A program made the position numbers and the translations under genes. The notes beneath the pieces are model-generated. The model ran no database searches. It was not told where the DNA came from and saw only the letters and a program-made list of their open reading frames with translations. Below, piece after piece: positions 52,128 through 52,176 of a DNA stretch of 52,176 nt (positions are counted from its first letter, which is position 1; every line of letters begins with the position of its first letter). This DNA comes from a virus. Taxonomy: Duplodnaviria; Caudoviricetes. The stretch spans positions 1-52,176 of IMG/VR virus record IMGVR_UViG_3300036823_000134. The stretch is one strand, 5' to 3'.

Positions 52128-52176
52128 TGACGAAGGTAATGACGAAGGTAACCTAAGCCGTGTGGGTTTTGAAGCG
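52001..52176. repeat. Terminal direct repeat, right copy
   Basis: Matches 1-187 minus 11 bp. Confidence 0.95.

Noticed and set aside
1-52176. Integrase/repressor lysogeny module, reverse transcriptase/DGR, introns or inteins
   Set aside because: No tyrosine or serine recombinase, RT motif, template/variable repeat pair or intein motifs were recognised; terminase, polymerase and helicase are of normal length

Overview
The window is an apparently complete ~52-kb tailed-phage (siphovirus-type) genome, most likely infecting an actinobacterium. This is inferred from the r1t-type holin, the ReqiPepy6-like tail proteins and the SigA-type and leaderless promoters. The two ends overlap (1-187 matches 52001-52176, apart from an 11-bp indel). 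The + strand arm (51750-52127, then 196-25224) encodes terminase, DUF935 portal, Mu-like protease, capsid, tail and lysis genes. The - strand arm (25285-51209) encodes replication and recombination genes (family A DNA polymerase with an N-terminal UDG domain, RepB-like primase, SSB, Sak4, Cas4-like nuclease, SNF2 helicase), a 7-deazaguanine DNA-modification cluster (queC, queD, queE, folE, MazG, DpdA/TGT-like, DUF3310) and many small early ORFs. No integrase or CRISPR array was seen. The most unusual items are: (i) a 146-nt tRNA(Met)-like RNA with a ~70-nt structured insertion, inside a ~330-nt structured intergenic RNA; (ii) two type II hammerhead ribozymes between early genes; (iii) a 227-aa His-pentapeptide protein with one central turn, read here as a giant beta-hairpin; (iv) a virion-module protein carrying a dimethylformamidase-beta-like domain on a repeat stalk; (v) three copies of a ~112-bp intergenic element; (vi) 13 dispersed copies of a 14-bp motif; (vii) three paralogous HTH proteins. 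All calls come from reading motifs by eye; no database searches were run.
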